Of a stretch of DNA of 64,000 bases, positions 60,303 through 64,000 are shown piece after piece. Both the position numbers and the translations under genes were made by a program. The notes under the pieces were generated by a model, which did no database searches, was not told the origin of the DNA, and was given only the letters and a program-made list of their open reading frames with translations. Each line of letters begins with the position of its first letter. Position 1 is the stretch's first letter. The DNA comes from an uncultured Lachnospiraceae bacterium (GTDB lineage Bacteria > Bacillota > Clostridia > Oscillospirales > CAG-272): assembly GCA_964562175.1 (NCBI GenBank), contig CAZLRV010000005.1:34375-98374 (forward strand), read 5' to 3'.

Positions 60303-60331
60303 TTGACAAAGAACGGAAAAGGGTATATAAT
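60303..60331 (+). promoter_or_regulatory. perfect consensus sigma-A promoter
   Basis: TTGACA (60303-08), a 17-nt spacer and TATAAT (60326-31), upstream of the RBS cggagg and the ATG at 60363. Confidence 0.75.
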
Positions 60332-60362
60332 AAGTAAAAAATATTATATGCGGAGGCTTATA

Positions 60363-61205
60363 ATGTATAATAGATCTCTTTGTCTTGCAACGGGTGACCA
60401 ATTCACGCTTACAATACCGGAGCAGATAGAGCTTTTCGGTCAAGTCGGCTTTGAGGGCTTTTTTACCGCCTATGACGAGAATATCGCATCGTACCGTGAG
60501 ATTGCGGAGCGTGCGGGAATGATATATCAATCCGTACACGCACCTCACAGAAATGCGGCGAGGATGTGGACAGGCGGGGAAGAGGGTGAGCATGCGGTAG
60601 CCGAGCTTATCGGCTGTGCCGAAAAATGCGGTGAGGCAGGTGTCGGAATAATGGTCTGCCACACCTACATAGGCTTCGGAAAGCATTGTGAAATATCGAA
60701 TACGGGTATAGATAATTTTCGCCGAGTTGTCGAGTATGCGGCACGGCGCGGAGTTAAGATAGCGTTTGAAAACACGGAGGGCGAGGAATTTTTAGGTGCG
60801 CTTTTGACTGACCTTGCCGAGTATGATAATGTCGGTTATTGCTGGGACAGCGGTCATGAGCAGTGCTATAACTACGGTGTCGATCTGCTCGGGCTGTACG
60901 GAAACAGGCTTATCGCCACACACCTTAATGATAATTGCGGTATCAAGGACAGAACCGGTAAAATAACATGGACGGACGATCTGCACCTGTTGCCGTTTGA
61001 CGGTATCATTGATTGGGATGAGGCGGCAAAAAAGCTTTGTAAATGCTCATATAACGGTATTTTGACCTTTGAGCTTAATAAAAAGAGTAAGCCCGGCAGA
61101 CACGAGAATGATAAATACGAGAGAATGAGCGATGAGGAATATGTCACCGAAGCGTACATTCGTGCCTGCCGCTTTGCGAAGCTTGTCAAAAAGCACGGGG
61201 CTTGA
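60363..61205 (+). CDS. sugar phosphate isomerase/epimerase (xylose isomerase-like TIM barrel)
   Basis: VKIAFENTEG, CWDSGHEQ and ATHLNDN metal-ligand motifs. The ATG at 60363 is preferred over the track start, which lies inside the promoter. Confidence 0.75.
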   Translation: MYNRSLCLATGDQFTLTIPEQIELFGQVGFEGFFTAYDENIASYREIAERAGMIYQSVHAPHRNAARMWTGGEEGEHAVAELIGCAEKCGEAGVGIMVCHTYIGFGKHCEISNTGIDNFRRVVEYAARRGVKIAFENTEGEEFLGALLTDLAEYDNVGYCWDSGHEQCYNYGVDLLGLYGNRLIATHLNDNCGIKDRTGKITWTDDLHLLPFDGIIDWDEAAKKLCKCSYNGILTFELNKKSKPGRHENDKYERMSDEEYVTEAYIRACRFAKLVKKHGA

Positions 61206-62948
61206 TCAAATTACCTCGGTTGCGTGAAAGGTCGGAGAAAGAAAGTTTCGCAGGGTCTTGTCAAGCTCCTTTTCAAGCTTTGGCGAGATAGTGCGGCGTA
61301 CACTGTCACTTAGCGAGTCCTCGGCTATCATACGCAACGAGAGGGCGGCAAAATCGTAACCGGGTGTCTCCGAGCATTTTACGACAAGCCCGCTTTTGTA
61401 AAAGTAAAATCTGAAGCGGCGAGTGTTCGAAAGCTCCAAAAACGCAATGCTTAATTTCAGCACATCGTTTTTGTCCTCGTCCGTTACCGCCTCGGCGTAT
61501 ACGGATACGTGAAAGCTTTCGTTGCCGAGGACGACGGTTTGGTCTTCGGCACATCCAAAGCCGACCTTAAGCTCACAAACTCCTATGTTTTCGGTAAAGC
61601 GGATATAAAGATCGCCCTGCTTGCCGACAAAGGAAATTTCGCTTATACCGTCGGAAAAGTTGTTATCTACGGCTTGAACTATAGTTGGAAGCACGCTTAT
61701 TCCGATGCTTTCCTTCTTGTCGGAGATAAATCTTCTGTTGCTTACACGCTTTATGAACTCGGTGTGCGTATCCTTCGAGGATGAAAGAAAAGATTCTTCG
61801 GGAGAATTCGGCTTGCACAACGTGCATTTGCGTACCGAGGGTGCCGTATCGTTGTCGGGTAAAACGGAGTTGGGAGTGTAGCTTTTGCCGAAATACTTTT
61901 TGATTATCGGATATGCACGGCAACGCTGAAATATATCGCTGTTTGAACCTGTAGTCATCACAAGTATCTTTGTTCTTCTGAAAATGTGCAGGTTTTGACC
62001 GAACATTCCGTTAAACAGTACCTCATCGTGCTTGGGATCGACCCACATCTGGTAGCCGTAATCGTACACGCCCGAAATGTGCGGTGTCTTTATTTGAACG
62101 CTTGTTGCCTTTTTGAGCCATTCACTTGATATTAAGCGTTTTCCCTCCCATACGCCGTCCTGCAGAACAAGCTGACCGAGCTTCATAATATCCTCGGGGA
62201 ACATATAAAGTCCCCAACCGCCCTTTTCGATTCCGCACGGGCATTTTTCCCAATAAAACGAATTTATTCCCATCGGCTTAAAGAGCCTATCGGAAAGAAG
62301 TTCCGACAACGATGAGCCGCTTTTTTTGCAAACAGTTGCGGAAAGCATATAGGTGTTCATGCTGTTGTACTCAAAACGCTTGCCGGGCATGAACTTACGC
62401 TTTGAGGAAAGAAACGATTTGACCCAATTGTTGTCTGTTACGGCTCCCGTTTCATTGAACATAACGCCGCTGCTCATTGTCAAAAGATGATACAGCGTCA
62501 TATTCTGCGAGGTAAGCGGCGTGGTATATTCGGGGAATATATCGCAAAGCCGCTCGTCCTCTCCGAGCAGACCGTCGTCATATAAAAGACCGACGGCAAG
62601 ACAGGTGACGGACTTGCAAAGCGAGTGAGTTACGTGCAAAACGTCGCACTTGTTGGGAAAGAACTCGCCGGCGGATATAAGCACTCCCCGTCTTGCTATG
62701 CTCACGCTCTGTAGATCGAGCGACGGCTCGGAGCATAACGCATTATAAAATCGGCTGATATGCTCGCTTGATATGCCAACCTCCTCCGGCGCACCTCGCC
62801 GCAAGCCGACTCCGTCGTATTGCAGAGGAAAGGGCTGCCGTTCGTCCTCTCGGTCTACCATGGGTATAACGGCGGATCTTCTCAATATAAGCGAATAAAG
62901 CAGTTTCAGTGCATTGGTGTGATTTACGATATCCATAATATCCTCCAC
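61206..62948 (-). CDS. beta-lactamase-family serine hydrolase with extra C-terminal domain
   Basis: SxxK (THSLCKS) and YxN (EYNSMN) motifs; 580 aa. The stop codon abuts the stop of the convergent gene. Confidence 0.75.
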   Translation of the reverse strand: MEDIMDIVNHTNALKLLYSLILRRSAVIPMVDREDERQPFPLQYDGVGLRRGAPEEVGISSEHISRFYNALCSEPSLDLQSVSIARRGVLISAGEFFPNKCDVLHVTHSLCKSVTCLAVGLLYDDGLLGEDERLCDIFPEYTTPLTSQNMTLYHLLTMSSGVMFNETGAVTDNNWVKSFLSSKRKFMPGKRFEYNSMNTYMLSATVCKKSGSSLSELLSDRLFKPMGINSFYWEKCPCGIEKGGWGLYMFPEDIMKLGQLVLQDGVWEGKRLISSEWLKKATSVQIKTPHISGVYDYGYQMWVDPKHDEVLFNGMFGQNLHIFRRTKILVMTTGSNSDIFQRCRAYPIIKKYFGKSYTPNSVLPDNDTAPSVRKCTLCKPNSPEESFLSSSKDTHTEFIKRVSNRRFISDKKESIGISVLPTIVQAVDNNFSDGISEISFVGKQGDLYIRFTENIGVCELKVGFGCAEDQTVVLGNESFHVSVYAEAVTDEDKNDVLKLSIAFLELSNTRRFRFYFYKSGLVVKCSETPGYDFAALSLRMIAEDSLSDSVRRTISPKLEKELDKTLRNFLSPTFHATEVI

Positions 62949-63022
62949 TTCGGTTTACATTAGGTAGAAAAAAGTTTTCCCACACCCTTAATTATATACA
63001 AATATTTTTTCCATGTCAAGTA

Positions 63023-63051
63023 TTGACAGAGAACAATTCTTAATATATAAT
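63023..63051 (+). promoter_or_regulatory. perfect consensus sigma-A promoter
   Basis: TTGACA (63023-28), a 17-nt spacer and TATAAT (63046-51). Confidence 0.75.
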
Positions 63052-63096
63052 AAACTATGGCAGACAATTATTTGCAACAAACGGAGGTAGTCATAT

Positions 63097-64000
63097 ATGA
63101 GTCAAGAATATATGCTTTCGGGTAAAAAAGCTTTGCTTATCGTCAATCCCAAGGCGGGCAGACTTATATCACAGCAAAAAGCCGACAAGATAATATCACA
63201 GCTCGATTTCGTCGGCTGTAAAACGGAGCTTTGCTTTACCGAGTATTCAAAGCACGCAACAAAGCTGATAGAGGAAAATCACGGCAAATACGATGTGTTT
63301 GTTTGTTGTGGCGGCGACGGCACGCTTAACGAAACGGTGTCGGGCGTTATGCGTTACGCAAAAGGCTCGCCTATCGGATATTTTCCGTCCGGCACGACTA
63401 ACGATTTTGCCAAGACGCTCGGTCTTTCGAGGTCTGTCGAGAAGAATTCCGAATTTATGAAAAACGGCTTGCTTAATTCGTTCGATGTCGGATATCTCAA
63501 ACAGCAGGATATGTATTTTACTTATATTGCATCGTTCGGTGCATTCAGTGCCGTATCTTATGCGACAAAGCAGGATATGAAAAATATATTCGGTCACGCC
63601 GCTTATATATTCGACGGTATCAAAAGCATAAAGGATATACGGGCGTACAGGGCGAGCGTTCAGGCGGACGGGCAGAGGATAGATGGCGATTTTATATTCG
63701 GCTCGGTAACAAATACCCTGTCGGTCGGCGGTGTTATGAACTTCAGAAAAGATGACGTTTGCTTAAACGACGGCAAATTCGAGCTGATGCTCGTTCGTAC
63801 ACCGTCAAGTATGCAGCAGTTCGGCGAAATATGCGTTTCTCTGATAAACAAGAAATTCGATGAGAAAAATGTTATCTTTTTGCACGCAAGCAACATAACC
63901 TTCGACTTTGACACACCGGTCGCTTTTACCGCCGACGGTGAATTTGCCGCAGAGCATACGGTGCTTGATATATCGAATATTCAAAACGGCATGAATGTAT
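63097..64000 (+). CDS. diacylglycerol kinase-family lipid kinase (YegS/DagK-like), 3' end cut by window edge
   Basis: Not in the ORF track because it runs off the window. ATG at 63097 after the RBS acggaggt. My own translation reads MSQEYMLSGKKALLIVNPKAGR...VFVCCGGDGTLNE...FPSGTTNDFAKTLG and stays open to nt 64000. Confidence 0.85.
   Translation, partial: MSQEYMLSGKKALLIVNPKAGRLISQQKADKIISQLDFVGCKTELCFTEYSKHATKLIEENHGKYDVFVCCGGDGTLNETVSGVMRYAKGSPIGYFPSGTTNDFAKTLGLSRSVEKNSEFMKNGLLNSFDVGYLKQQDMYFTYIASFGAFSAVSYATKQDMKNIFGHAAYIFDGIKSIKDIRAYRASVQADGQRIDGDFIFGSVTNTLSVGGVMNFRKDDVCLNDGKFELMLVRTPSSMQQFGEICVSLINKKFDEKNVIFLHASNITFDFDTPVAFTADGEFAAEHTVLDISNIQNGMNV

Noticed and set aside
1-64000. CRISPR arrays, tRNA/rRNA genes, IS elements, prophage or known defence-system genes
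   Set aside because: I scanned all intergenic regions longer than 60 nt. None contains regularly spaced repeats, tRNA-like TΨC/acceptor patterns, or terminal inverted repeats. No ORF shows transposase, integrase, nuclease-helicase or other defence hallmarks.

Overview
The window reads as a chromosomal segment of a low-GC, spore-forming Firmicute of class Clostridia. A C-terminal dockerin, the sporulation genes spoVG, dpaAB, spoVAC, cotF-like, cotH-like and DUF1540, and the gene order point to a Ruminococcaceae/Oscillospiraceae-like organism; this taxonomy is inference only. Most of the window is tightly packed housekeeping sequence: nadD-yqeK/rsfS-leuS; yicC-remA-gmk-rpoZ-priA-def-fmt-(Zn peptidase)-rsmB-rlmN-stp-prkC-rsgA; tig-clpP-clpX; murC; proS-rodA-metY; rlmB. 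I saw no rRNA, tRNA, CRISPR array, transposase, integrase or phage genes, and no canonical defence-system signature. All homology calls are by-eye motif recognition on the supplied translations; no database was searched. Six loci deserve a second look. (1) A promoter-to-terminator three-gene operon at 4563-9095 encodes an HPr-kinase-like P-loop protein, a secreted GH20 hexosaminidase with MucBP-like tails, and an RRE-less radical SAM/SPASM enzyme, with no visible precursor peptide. (2) An 803-aa membrane protein at 42268-44679, translationally coupled to rlmB, looks like a catalytically dead P-type ATPase (DKTGT replaced by DKEVF) behind a roughly 215-aa acidic tail. (3) A leader at 49403-49637, upstream of an MgtE that lacks its N-domain, carries a 25-codon CxxC ORF and duplicated alternative-pairing arms; it is not a recognisable M-box. 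(4) A CHAP peptidoglycan hydrolase at 51219-54035 carries alternating A-B-A-B-A modules and a dockerin, and sits downstream of a pseudo-receiver OmpR-type regulator. (5) yqeK and rsfS are fused in frame. (6) A DUF1538 permease is paired with a fused tandem P-II-like protein.
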